NCBI GenBank assembly: GCA_049325595.1
Contig: JBMOLF010000015.1
Coordinates: forward strand, 64,001 to 128,000
From: Candidatus Babelota bacterium
Lineage (GTDB): Bacteria > Babelota > Babeliae > Babelales > Vermiphilaceae
Direction: 5' to 3'
Length of the DNA: 64,000 bases
The notes below the pieces were generated by a model. The model searched no databases, was not told the DNA's origin, and worked only from the letters and a program-made list of their open reading frames with translations. A program made the translations under genes and the position numbers. This document shows, in pieces, positions 49,161 through 59,228 of this stretch; the first letter of the stretch is position 1, and each line of letters starts with the position of its first letter.

Positions 49161-50738
49161 TTAGCAGAAAGTTGCTTGGATTATTTTTTGATAATATTCA
49201 GCGCCAACTTTTTTAGTACGTGGTAATTGTGGGTCATTAAAATCTACTTTGAATAATCCATACCGTTTAGAATAAGTTCCCCATTCGTAATTATCTAACA
49301 ATGACCAATAAAAATAACCACGCACATCATGGCCTGCTGAAATAGCACGTGCGAGTGCATATAAATAGCGCTGTAAAAATAACTCACGATGAGATTCGTT
49401 ATCAGTACCAATACCATTTTCAGTTACATAAATTGGTATATTTAATGGCTTTGCAACGTTGTTTGAAATTTCTTCTATCGCACGATAGAGACCTTCACCA
49501 TAAATAGTGTAGCGTTCATTATTTGCCGGAATTTCATTTTTCTCATCGCGCAAGATTGTTTTGCCTTTCATGTAGCCATGGCAATAATAATTAAGGCCGA
49601 TGAAATCAAGGCATTTACCACCATTTTTGATGTACTCATTTACCGGAAATTTCTTATTAACTTTAGTTGGTGTGTATACATGCAATAAGCCGGTTTTTAA
49701 ATAGGTGTAGAATGTACTGTTTACCAACTGATTACCAAAGTAACACAATAAATGATCACCTGGGTGATATAAGCGCCATGGATCTAATTGATAAATATTT
49801 TTTAATACACCAATGCGTGAAGTGTCACCGCCCGGTAATGCTTTTAAAGTGCGATACACTGCAACGTGTGCTTCAAATAAATTATGCATTACGTCGGCCA
49901 TTAATTCCCATTGATCTTTTTTAGCTGGAGGTTTTAAGCCTTGCGTCCAACCCGTTAATGCATATGATTCAGGGGCATTAAAGGTAAGCCATAAGTGAAC
50001 ATAAGAATGTAAGCGTTCAAATACTGTTTTTGCAAAAAATACAAAATGTTCTATGTTTTCTGCTTTTTCCCATCCACCTAAATCGCCAAACCAAATTGGA
50101 TCGGTGTAATGATACAGCGTGATAACGGGTTTAATACCTTTTGCAACCAGTTGTTTGCACACGTCTTCATAATGATCTAAGGCCGTGTAATCGATAACTC
50201 CTGGTTGAGGAACTATTTTGCTCCATTCAACTGAAAATCGATACCCGTTTAATCCAAAATCAGCCATGAGTGCAATGTCTTCAGGATATTTATTCCAGTG
50301 ATCACAGGCAATACCAGCATCAACTATTTTTCCTTGTTGTTCAGGGCTATTAGCATAGGCATACCAATTGTTGTTTGTGCAACCACCTTCAACTTGGTGC
50401 GCAGAAGTACCGCTTCCCCATAACCACATATCATTTTGCGCAGCTAATTTTTGAGCATGATGTTTAAAAAATGTTCCGATAGGTTGATTGTTAATGCGAT
50501 CGGTATGTATAGCTGCCCAATTCCAAGAAATAGTATTTAAATGGTTAGTGACTGCCTTGTATGCATATAAACTTCCTATAGCAGTAGCAGGTAATACTAC
50601 TGCAGCAACTGGATTTTCTTTTGCTTGCTGCCAGGCATTATTAGTAAGGTGAGTAACATATTCCATACCCTGTGCTGGTTGGTGTATAACACCTAATGCA
50701 ACAAGCGATAGTAATAATTTTTTCATCACATAGTTCAT
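49161..50738 (-). CDS. GH1 family protein, exported; acid/base motif reads TFNAP
   Basis: SAHQVEG, YRFSVEWS, GLNYY, VTENG, DNYEW. Confidence 0.9.
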   Translation of the reverse strand: MNYVMKKLLLSLVALGVIHQPAQGMEYVTHLTNNAWQQAKENPVAAVVLPATAIGSLYAYKAVTNHLNTISWNWAAIHTDRINNQPIGTFFKHHAQKLAAQNDMWLWGSGTSAHQVEGGCTNNNWYAYANSPEQQGKIVDAGIACDHWNKYPEDIALMADFGLNGYRFSVEWSKIVPQPGVIDYTALDHYEDVCKQLVAKGIKPVITLYHYTDPIWFGDLGGWEKAENIEHFVFFAKTVFERLHSYVHLWLTFNAPESYALTGWTQGLKPPAKKDQWELMADVMHNLFEAHVAVYRTLKALPGGDTSRIGVLKNIYQLDPWRLYHPGDHLLCYFGNQLVNSTFYTYLKTGLLHVYTPTKVNKKFPVNEYIKNGGKCLDFIGLNYYCHGYMKGKTILRDEKNEIPANNERYTIYGEGLYRAIEEISNNVAKPLNIPIYVTENGIGTDNESHRELFLQRYLYALARAISAGHDVRGYFYWSLLDNYEWGTYSKRYGLFKVDFNDPQLPRTKKVGAEYYQKIIQATFC

Positions 50739-52243
50739 GCAATAATCTCCTTGTTAAATTTATTTATCACATCAATATAGTATTGTGCGCCGGGTTTGAG
50801 CGAGCGTTTTTGTGTAGCATAATCAATTGCACATAACCCATATTTTTTACTATAGGTTCCCCACTCATAGTTGTCCATGAGCGACCATACAATATATCCA
50901 CGTACATCGTGACCTTCATTTATTGCTTGTGAAAGGGCATATAGATATCGTTTAAAAAACAATTCACGATCAGCTTCACTCGAGGTGCTAATACCATTTT
51001 CGGTAACATAAATAGGAATATTCAGCGGTTTTGCTAGATGAGTTGATATATCAACAATAGCGCGATACAAGCCTTCAGGATATATAGTATAAATAGGATT
51101 ATCGGTTATTGTTTCGCCTGGATAGGTAGTAACATCTCGACTTTGCATTAAGCCATGTGAGTAATAATTAAGACCGATAAAATCAAGACTTTGAGGGGCC
51201 AGTTTGTTGCTGTATTTTAATTTTGCCGTAAAAGGAACGCTTATTTTAACTTCGCCCTTTGTAAAGAAATTGTATACATTTTCATCAAACAATGAACGCG
51301 CTGCTTTGCAACCCATACCGTCAAACCATCCAGAACCTGGTTCTACTTGATAGATATTGTGAAGTATACCTATGTGTGATGATGTGCCACCTTCTAATGT
51401 TTTTAATGCATGATAAGTTTGTACGTGTGCTTCTAATACATTTTTTAATACTTCTTGTGCCCGTTGCATACTCGGCTTGCCACCAGGGTAGGCCATCTGT
51501 TTATAATAACAGCGCGCTACATAACTGGTTGGTGAATTAAAGGTAAGCCACAAGTGAACATACGATTGCAAGCGTTCAAATACGATAGCTGCAAACTTAA
51601 CAAAATGAGAAATATTTTCTTGATTCTCAAAGCCACCTTTTAATGCAAACCATTTAGGGCTCGTGTAATGATGCAGGGTGATAACTGGTTTTATGCCAGC
51701 TTTAATAAGTGCTTTGCAAACATCCTCGTAATGATCAAGTACTGCTTGATTGATTTTTCCTTGCTCTGGTTCAATTTTGCTCCATTCAACAGAAAATCTA
51801 AATGTATTAATGCCTAGCGATTGCATGAGTGCAATATCTTCTTCATACCGATTCCAATGATCGCAAGCTGTCCCAGTTTTTTCTTCAACGTTGCCTGTTT
51901 CTTCCCATAGGCACCAATCATTGTTAGTGCAATTTCCTTCTACTTGATGAGCAGAGGTACCGACACCCCACAAAAAGTGCTCAGGGAATTGTAGATTTTG
52001 TTCATTGATTAATGACCAATCCCAATATAAAGGAGTGCTTGTTTTGATAGGCGTTTCTTGATACACATATGATGGAAATTCTTTTTCAGCAACAACAGCC
52101 ACTGATGCTTTAGATTGTGTTGATTCTTGATGTTGTTTGACTGTTTTTTTATTGCAAGCAGGGATAAGTACTAATCCAGCTGCAATGGCAAGAATAGCTA
52201 TGCTAAGACGTGACATAATAACCTCTATTTTTATAACCTTCAT
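50735..52243 (-). CDS. GH1 family lipoprotein; acid/base motif reads TFNSP
   Basis: Lipobox LIPA-C; FLWGVGTSAHQVEG, VTENG, DNYEW. Confidence 0.9.
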   Translation of the reverse strand: MKVIKIEVIMSRLSIAILAIAAGLVLIPACNKKTVKQHQESTQSKASVAVVAEKEFPSYVYQETPIKTSTPLYWDWSLINEQNLQFPEHFLWGVGTSAHQVEGNCTNNDWCLWEETGNVEEKTGTACDHWNRYEEDIALMQSLGINTFRFSVEWSKIEPEQGKINQAVLDHYEDVCKALIKAGIKPVITLHHYTSPKWFALKGGFENQENISHFVKFAAIVFERLQSYVHLWLTFNSPTSYVARCYYKQMAYPGGKPSMQRAQEVLKNVLEAHVQTYHALKTLEGGTSSHIGILHNIYQVEPGSGWFDGMGCKAARSLFDENVYNFFTKGEVKISVPFTAKLKYSNKLAPQSLDFIGLNYYSHGLMQSRDVTTYPGETITDNPIYTIYPEGLYRAIVDISTHLAKPLNIPIYVTENGISTSSEADRELFFKRYLYALSQAINEGHDVRGYIVWSLMDNYEWGTYSKKYGLCAIDYATQKRSLKPGAQYYIDVINKFNKEIIA

Positions 52244-52414
52244 TTACTTATAGTTTAATACAACATAATCAAATCGTCAAAATTGATCCAAATAGTAAGT
52301 TTTTATTCGATAAAAGCTAAAAAAAAGTAAGTTGTCATCTCTGGGGCTGTTGTTATACTAGGTGCCGGACGCTTAAATGAAAGATTAAACATGAATATAT
52401 GAATTTTTATTGGC

Positions 52415-53047
52415 TTGTTATTAGTGAGTTTTCCTATCATATCAAGTGAAAAAAGTCTTACCAAAATTTTAAGTAAAGATTTTAATCTCGGTAAAAAACG
52501 CGTTGAAAATCTGTTTAATGAAGCACGAATGCTTCCAACCAAAGAAAAAAGAGCATGTTTTTTAAAAGATTTCTGTATTCGGCACATTCATAAAAATATA
52601 GATCAAGCAGCACGTAATTTGCAAAATCGAGTAGTTGATATACAAAAAATTAAACAGGCAGCTAATGAAATAAAAAAAATGACAACTAGTGCCTCTGGTA
52701 TAGTAAATGAAGATGGATTAATAAATAAGAAAAAATTACTTTTGTATGCTCCTGATAATCTAGAATGTCAATTATTAGATCAAATATCTGATATTTGTTG
52801 TCCTGTTTGTTATGAATATTATGCTATCGACGTAATTGGCGGAACGGCACAAAAAATTTTTTTGGGTTGTCATCCTACTCATACCATATGCTCCAAAGAT
52901 GTGAGTTCGCTCTTTACTAAAGAGCAATGCCCTCATTGTAGACAGCGCATTAGTATAAATTCAATACGACAACAAATAAACCTGCATGATGCCTATCAAA
53001 AAAGAGATCAATTTCTAAAACTAAAGGAACAGCATGAAAAAAATTAG
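52415..53047 (+). CDS. RING-finger protein; upstream in-frame ATG 52391 is blocked by TGA
   Basis: CPVC-x17-CHPTH-x2-CSKD-x9-CPHCR. Confidence 0.7.
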   Translation: MLLVSFPIISSEKSLTKILSKDFNLGKKRVENLFNEARMLPTKEKRACFLKDFCIRHIHKNIDQAARNLQNRVVDIQKIKQAANEIKKMTTSASGIVNEDGLINKKKLLLYAPDNLECQLLDQISDICCPVCYEYYAIDVIGGTAQKIFLGCHPTHTICSKDVSSLFTKEQCPHCRQRISINSIRQQINLHDAYQKRDQFLKLKEQHEKN

Positions 53048-54221
53048 TTTGTCGATTGTATTTTTACTATCGATTGTACAATCAATGCACGCATCATGGT
53101 ACGATTTCTTTAAAGCATTACATGATATGCTTGAAAAAATTGAACAAGAAGCAAAGCCGGTTCATCAAACAACACCACTACAAAAACGGGATTTAGAATA
53201 TTATTTGCAACAATTTAGATCAGATCTTTCAGGACTTGAAGCGGCTGATATAGAGCGTATTGTTTCACTTGCACGAACTTCGCTGCTTTCACTTGGTACC
53301 ACATCTATAACAAAAGACTATCTAGATCAAGCATTACGATCGGCCTTGGTTGAGCAATCATATCAATCAGCTTATACGAAAGCAAAACAATTAGGAGCAT
53401 CAGAAAATTTTGCACAACGCTTTGCGCAATCTATCCAGGGAAATGTTATTGCTCGTTTAGAAAAAGCACAAAACATTAATGGTCTTGCGTATGTGCAATT
53501 TTTTGGTAAGGAATTAGAATATACTCTCAAAAAAGAATTAAAAGCAAATCAGCCTTCTCAGCCAGCTTATTCACCGTCATATCAAGCTCCAACAAGCCAA
53601 ACTTCATATCATTTTCCTATAGCAGAGCACATGAATATGCTCCATAAAAAATTACAAGAGCTTAATCTTTCTGAGGCTGAAGTTAATACGCTTTTGCATC
53701 GAGTTAAGAATGAACTATCTGCTCATTTTGTTACTGACAAAAATGCAATCTCACTTACTAAAAAGGCATTAAAAGAATGGTTTGACCAAGTAATACAACA
53801 AAATTGTAATGCATTACAATTTGAGGTAGTCGATCTTTATAAGCTTAAAGAAGGCTGCGAGCAAGTGCGTCGGTTGCTTAATAGTAAAGAAGGTTTAGAT
53901 TTTGATTCAGCAGTATTTGCAGTTGCCAAATTGCGTAAATTTACACCCAAAGAAGTAACTGAAACTATCTTGGACAACATTGATAAAATACGCTGCTCAA
54001 TTTGTATGGAATATTTTATTGAAGAAATGAAAACAAAAGGAACAGTACATCGCGTTGTGTTATCATGCCCATCAAAACATGCAATTTGCGCGCATGATGC
54101 TGCATGGAGTTTGCAATCGGGAGCATGTCCTGAATGTAAGGCACCAATTAATAAGAATAACTTACAGCAACAAATTAATGCGCTGCACAATGCGCCATCA
54201 GCTCCACCAATGGGCGCATAA
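53034..54221 (+). CDS. Secreted RING-finger protein
   Basis: Signal peptide; CSIC...CPSKH-x2-CAHD...CPECK. Confidence 0.75.
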   Translation: MKKISLSIVFLLSIVQSMHASWYDFFKALHDMLEKIEQEAKPVHQTTPLQKRDLEYYLQQFRSDLSGLEAADIERIVSLARTSLLSLGTTSITKDYLDQALRSALVEQSYQSAYTKAKQLGASENFAQRFAQSIQGNVIARLEKAQNINGLAYVQFFGKELEYTLKKELKANQPSQPAYSPSYQAPTSQTSYHFPIAEHMNMLHKKLQELNLSEAEVNTLLHRVKNELSAHFVTDKNAISLTKKALKEWFDQVIQQNCNALQFEVVDLYKLKEGCEQVRRLLNSKEGLDFDSAVFAVAKLRKFTPKEVTETILDNIDKIRCSICMEYFIEEMKTKGTVHRVVLSCPSKHAICAHDAAWSLQSGACPECKAPINKNNLQQQINALHNAPSAPPMGA

Positions 54222-54323
54222 AATTAATGAAAAATTAGGCCGGTTTGCCGGCCTTTTTTTATAATTAAATATTGTGATGTGGTAAATAAGCTTATTACCC
54301 TAAAATAAAAAGGGGATAAAAAG

Positions 54324-54614
54324 ATGAAGCACTATGCAATTATAGTAGGGTTAATTGTTATCACACCATTCTTATCTGCATCAGAAAACAAAGAAAATAC
54401 CTTAGCAAAACCACACAAAAAAAATATAAAGCTCCCATTTAATGTAGGCTTTACCAATGATTTGTATGAAAAGAAAAAAAAGTCTAAGCCGGAAGATGAT
54501 TATGCAGGGCGTATGACACCTCGTCCTCTTACTGCGCGAGAAGAATTTCAAGAGTCGCTTAAACGACTCTTGTGTTGTGTGATTTGCAAAAAAGATTACG
54601 ATGAACTGGAATAA
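54324..54614 (+). CDS. Small secreted hypothetical protein
   Basis: Signal ending LSA-SE; LLCCVIC near the C-terminus. Confidence 0.55.
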   Translation: MKHYAIIVGLIVITPFLSASENKENTLAKPHKKNIKLPFNVGFTNDLYEKKKKSKPEDDYAGRMTPRPLTAREEFQESLKRLLCCVICKKDYDELE

Positions 54615-55727
54615 TTACACATTAAATTTAATGTGTACTATATCACCATCTTGTACTAAATAATGTTGGCCTTCTACGCGAATTTTGCCCGCTTCTTTTA
54701 ATTTTGCTTCAGTACCCAATGTTACTAAATCTTTATAATTAAAAATATCAGCGCAAATAAAGCCGCGTTCCAGATCTGAATGTATTTCGCCCGCTGCTTG
54801 ACGGATGGTGATACCTTTTTTAATGGGCCATGCATGAATTTCTTTAGGTCCGCAGGTAAAGAAGGTGATAAGGCCAAGATGTTCATAAGTTTTTTTAATG
54901 ATAGTATCCAAGCTTCGTTGTTTTAACCCAACGAGCGACATTATTTCTTGTGCATCTTCATCACTCATTTGAGCAAGTTCGCCTTCAAGTTTTGCGCAAA
55001 CAGGAATTACGCGATCAGCACCAAAGTGCGCAACAAGTTTTTGATAATTTTTATTAGTCGTGTATGCGTCATTTTCAATTTCATGTTCTGCAACGTTGGC
55101 AATAATCAAGAAATTTTTTGCTGACAATAAGGGAATAGTTTTTACTGATGATTCATTAACAAGCTGCTGTACCGTTTTAACATCAGCATTATCAAGCGCT
55201 GTTTTAACTTTTTTGAGCAATTCTAGTTCAGCTTCTAATTCTTTTTTCTCAGTTGGGTTATTTTGTGCTTTTTTAAGTGAATGTTCAGCTTTTTCAATTC
55301 GTTTAATAACCGACTCTAAGTCTTTGAGCATAAGTTCAGAAACAATAATCTCATAATCAATCAGAGGATCAATTTCATTTTGAGTGGAGATAATATTAGG
55401 ATCTTCAAAGCAACGCAATACATGTAAAATTAAATTTACTTGTTGAATATGGCTTAAAAATTGGTTACCAAGGCCTTCGCCAGAAGCAGCTCCTTTAACT
55501 AAGCCTGCAATGTCTACAAAAGTTACTGAAGCAGGAATTTGTTTTTGCGAACTATATGCTTTTTGGAGTACATCCATGCGCTCATCAGGTACTTCGGTGA
55601 TCGCAATATGAGGATCGATGGTACAAAATGGATAGTTTTCAGCAGGAATACTAGATTTGGTTAAAGCATTAAAAAGGGTTGATTTGCCCACATTAGGGAG
55701 GCCAACTAAGCCAGCTTGAATACTCAT
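54615..55727 (-). CDS. ychF: Redox-regulated ATPase YchF
   Basis: GLVGLPNVGKSTLFNALT, NYPFCTIDP, DIAGLVKGAASGEGLGNQFL, TGS domain. Confidence 0.97.
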   Translation of the reverse strand: MSIQAGLVGLPNVGKSTLFNALTKSSIPAENYPFCTIDPHIAITEVPDERMDVLQKAYSSQKQIPASVTFVDIAGLVKGAASGEGLGNQFLSHIQQVNLILHVLRCFEDPNIISTQNEIDPLIDYEIIVSELMLKDLESVIKRIEKAEHSLKKAQNNPTEKKELEAELELLKKVKTALDNADVKTVQQLVNESSVKTIPLLSAKNFLIIANVAEHEIENDAYTTNKNYQKLVAHFGADRVIPVCAKLEGELAQMSDEDAQEIMSLVGLKQRSLDTIIKKTYEHLGLITFFTCGPKEIHAWPIKKGITIRQAAGEIHSDLERGFICADIFNYKDLVTLGTEAKLKEAGKIRVEGQHYLVQDGDIVHIKFNV

Positions 55728-55916
55728 TGATTGATAACCTTAAATAATATGTCTTTTATGTATTATTCTAGTGTGGGACAAAAAAGGAGTTTTTTCAAAT
55801 TTTTATTCATTTATTTGGATATGAATCATCATAATCTAGAAAAATATTAATCGTTTATGTTACTATCTGTATTAGGGATAAAAATATCTTTTTAACGTTA
55901 AAAAAGGAGAGACGTT

Positions 55917-56180
55917 ATGCATTGTCATTCACCATTAGGCAAATTAGTTTGCAAATTAAGCTGGTTGTTAACTGCAATTGGTGCAATTCTATGGGGTTTA
56001 ATTCCTTTTGGTTTTGACTTTTGGAAGTCAGACTTTGTTGTTAACAATATTCCTTGGATTGTAACTCCTGCTTTATATATAGTTGGTATCGCGGGTGTTT
56101 TAAGCTTAATAGGCTTTTTTAAGCACTGTGCTGATAAGCATGCTTGTCCAGAAGAAACTGGCAGACCATACAATCGCTAA
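55917..56180 (+). CDS. Small membrane protein, DUF378-like
   Basis: AGGAG RBS; IGAILWGL...YIVGIAG. Confidence 0.65.
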   Translation: MHCHSPLGKLVCKLSWLLTAIGAILWGLIPFGFDFWKSDFVVNNIPWIVTPALYIVGIAGVLSLIGFFKHCADKHACPEETGRPYNR

Positions 56181-56352
56181 TTATTCTAATTAGTAAAAGA
56201 TTAAGGGGTGCTGATGAGGCACCCTTTTTTATGACCTAAAGATGATTGAAATTAATAAAATTAACAAAAAAATAATAAAAATGATTGTATAGTTATCAAA
56301 AATCTGCCAAAATTGACAATAAGCTTAACAAATTTGGGAGATTTTTGATAAC

Positions 56353-57498
56353 ATGTTTAACAGAATTCTGAAATTACCTCTTGAAGGATCGAGTAGTATT
56401 TTCTTATTTGGGCCTCGAGGAACGGGTAAAACTTCATATATTAAAGCTATCATTCCTTCTGCTCTTTATTTTGATTTATTAGATTTTTCAACCTATAGTT
56501 CTTTTTTGGCTAATCCAGGACGTTTAGAAACACTTATACCCCCAAATTACCGTGATTGGATAGTGATTGATGAGGTTCAACGAGTGCCAGAGTTGCTTAA
56601 TGAGGTACACCGGTTAATTGAGCATAAAAAAATGAAATTTATTTTAACCGGTTCTAGTGCGCGTACTTTACGAAGAAGTGGCGTAAATCTTTTAGCTGGC
56701 CGAGCGCTTCGTTATACTATGCATCCGCTTACTATTCAAGAGATGCGCGATCAATTTGATTTGAAAAAAGCGGTTCAATATGGTCTATTGCCTGCAGCGG
56801 TAAGTCATAGTGATCCTAAACGCTATTTAGAAAGTTATGTACAAACATACATACGAGAAGAAGTTCTTCAAGAAGGACTTACCAGAAATATTGGGGCATT
56901 TACCCGCTTTTTAGAGATAGCAAGTTTTTCTCAGGGACAAGTGCTTAACGTTTCAGAAATATCCCGGGAAATGTCATTAAACAGGGTAGCAGTTGCTAAT
57001 TACTTTGATATTTTAGAAGATTTATTGTTAAGTGTTCGAATTTCAGCATTTTCGCAACGAGCTAAGCGTAAAGTTATTGCTCACCAAAAATTCTATTTTT
57101 TTGATACCGGTGTTTATAATATTTTACGGCCTATGGGACCATTAGATTCTAAAGAAGAATCTGAAGGAGCTGCCTTAGAGACTTTATTTTTCCAATCACT
57201 GAGCGCAATTAATGACTATTATAATCTTGATTACAAGATTCATTTTTGGAGAACGCAGGATGGTCAGGAAGTAGATTTTGTAATCTACGGGCCACGTGGC
57301 TTTCATGCTTTTGAAATTAAACGATCTTCTACTATTACCAGCAAATCGCTCAAAGGACTTCTTGCATTTGGAGAAGATTATCCTGAAGCAAAATTGCATA
57401 TACTATTTCTTGGAAAACAAAAAGAATACCATGGCGCTATTACTGCAATTCCTTTTGAAGAAGCACTCAGAGAATTACCCTTATTAATTGGTGGATAA
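56353..57498 (+). CDS. AAA_14 ATPase with a DUF4143/PD-(D/E)xK C-terminus
   Basis: GPRGTGKT, IDEVQR, LTGSS, KFYFFDTG, EVDF...FEIK. Confidence 0.88.
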   Translation: MFNRILKLPLEGSSSIFLFGPRGTGKTSYIKAIIPSALYFDLLDFSTYSSFLANPGRLETLIPPNYRDWIVIDEVQRVPELLNEVHRLIEHKKMKFILTGSSARTLRRSGVNLLAGRALRYTMHPLTIQEMRDQFDLKKAVQYGLLPAAVSHSDPKRYLESYVQTYIREEVLQEGLTRNIGAFTRFLEIASFSQGQVLNVSEISREMSLNRVAVANYFDILEDLLLSVRISAFSQRAKRKVIAHQKFYFFDTGVYNILRPMGPLDSKEESEGAALETLFFQSLSAINDYYNLDYKIHFWRTQDGQEVDFVIYGPRGFHAFEIKRSSTITSKSLKGLLAFGEDYPEAKLHILFLGKQKEYHGAITAIPFEEALRELPLLIGG

Positions 57499-57680
57499 TA
57501 TAAGCCAAAAATGAGCAAGCTATTTATTAATTTTCTTTGTGTTAATTTTTTGTTCTTAATGTCGCCAATAAAATGTCTGCTTGAATTGATATTTTTTTGT
57601 TTTTTGTTATGCTGTGCATAAAGTAGTAGTGCCTAAAGCCAAAACAGAAAATTTCATCTACCTTAAATAAGGTTTGGCCT

Positions 57681-58199
57681 ATGAATAGCAAGCAATTTAC
57701 TTTTGTCTTTTTAATTATGATGTTGTTTTTTTGGCAATCCTATGGAATGGGGTCTTTAAAACAAGTCTTTAATAAAAAAATTGCTCAATCAAATGTATCA
57801 TTCTTTTTATCACATCCACGTATAGTTAGCACACAAGCACGACATCAACATCAAGAAAAAATAGAAAAAAAGAATCACTTGCGTGCACAAGAATTACATG
57901 AGCTTAAAAACATTACGGTGCTTAAAAACGAGCAAAAAACAAAGATAAAAAAATCTGCTTTATGGGGATTTTCATCATTTAATGGGTTAATGTACTCAGT
58001 TGGCTTTGCTTTAAACGCTGAATTGTTACAACCATTTCTTGGTAATACTTCAGACATAGTCTTAGGTGCGGCATGTTTTTCAGCATTTGCTGCGTATCAT
58101 GCACGTTCTCACGCATCACAGGCCTTATATTATAAAAAATTAAAAAAGGCTCATCAGGACGATTTGCAAAAAATTCAAGAAGAGTTAAAAGTATTTTGA
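57681..58199 (+). CDS. Secreted protein with two TM helices
   Basis: Signal ending SYG-MG; acid-free basic segment; two hydrophobic helices. Confidence 0.6.
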   Translation: MNSKQFTFVFLIMMLFFWQSYGMGSLKQVFNKKIAQSNVSFFLSHPRIVSTQARHQHQEKIEKKNHLRAQELHELKNITVLKNEQKTKIKKSALWGFSSFNGLMYSVGFALNAELLQPFLGNTSDIVLGAACFSAFAAYHARSHASQALYYKKLKKAHQDDLQKIQEELKVF

Positions 58200-58227
58200 T
58201 TTGAACACTAATTCTGGAATATTAATC

Positions 58228-58719
58228 ATGAAAATAGTACATTATCTTTTTTTAGCGTTAACTGTTATTACCATTCATTCATCAGAAAATAAATATCATC
58301 AAAGTGATTATGAATATGCTTATAAAAAAGTATCACGCGAATATTTAAAACTTGCCGATTATTTTGCCAACAAAGCGATCGATGCCTATTACCAGCCCGA
58401 TATTGATATTGCCTACATCAAAGAGCTTAATAAACTTCGCTATCAATACCATTTACTTGCAATTGGCCTTGATCCAAAGCATGCTGCAAACTATAATGAG
58501 CTAGTGGAAGTTGCTTCATTGGATACGGCAATAGACTTTGAGTTGTTTACTGATACATTACATGGCAAAACATTAATTGAACACATCGCAGAAAAAACGC
58601 AATTACTCTGTAGGCATAATCAAGATGAGCTATGCGCAAATGCAAAAAAAACTCATGCAGCATTTAAGCAGTATATACAGAATGTATTTGAAAAAATAAA
58701 ACGCTATGAATCAGAATAG
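58228..58719 (+). CDS. Secreted hypothetical protein
   Basis: MKIVHYLFLALTVITIHS-SE signal. Confidence 0.6.
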   Translation: MKIVHYLFLALTVITIHSSENKYHQSDYEYAYKKVSREYLKLADYFANKAIDAYYQPDIDIAYIKELNKLRYQYHLLAIGLDPKHAANYNELVEVASLDTAIDFELFTDTLHGKTLIEHIAEKTQLLCRHNQDELCANAKKTHAAFKQYIQNVFEKIKRYESE

Positions 58720-58731
58720 CGCTACGATATT

Positions 58732-58764
58732 AAAAAGGGCCTCTTTTTTAAGAGGCCTTTTTTT
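58732..58764. terminator. Bidirectional terminator
   Basis: aaaaagggcctctt...aagaggccttttttt. Confidence 0.75.
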
Positions 58765-58765
58765 G

Positions 58766-59104
58766 TTAGTTAGTTTGATTTTCTTTTATCGCATTTTTCA
58801 AATGTTCAAGAGGATAAGCTACCAATACCTCATGCTTTTCAAAAACTACAAAACATTCTGGTCTTAAAGTGCCAAGCTTGATCGATTCTGTTTCTAAATC
58901 TGCAATGCAAGATTCAATTTCAGAATTTTCATACGGTGTATTTTTTTGTAAAATAATCGGCTTTAAAGCTATTTCACGATTATGATTAAAAGTAAAATCG
59001 TGCAATATAACTCTTTCAGTGCGATTATTAACAAAAGTTACTGCAGATGCAGAAGATATGGTTGCAAGTGTAGCCAATGCAAACAATTTAAGTGTGCATT
59101 GCAT
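58766..59104 (-). CDS. Secreted hypothetical protein
   Basis: GGAGG RBS; signal ending ASA. Confidence 0.6.
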   Translation of the reverse strand: MQCTLKLFALATLATISSASAVTFVNNRTERVILHDFTFNHNREIALKPIILQKNTPYENSEIESCIADLETESIKLGTLRPECFVVFEKHEVLVAYPLEHLKNAIKENQTN

Positions 59105-59228
59105 ATAATTAACCTCCTATAAAACGTTAAAGATACTATTAACGAGAGTATCACTGAAATAGGAAATTGCAACTAAGTCAAATTTAAACTTATTAAATTA
59201 TTTCTAATATAGGATAATTAGGATAATT

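Noticed and set aside
52400..52402. In-frame TGA as evidence for an alternative genetic code
   Set aside because: gltX and the AlaX gene end at TGA at normal lengths and Trp is encoded by TGG, consistent with code 11.
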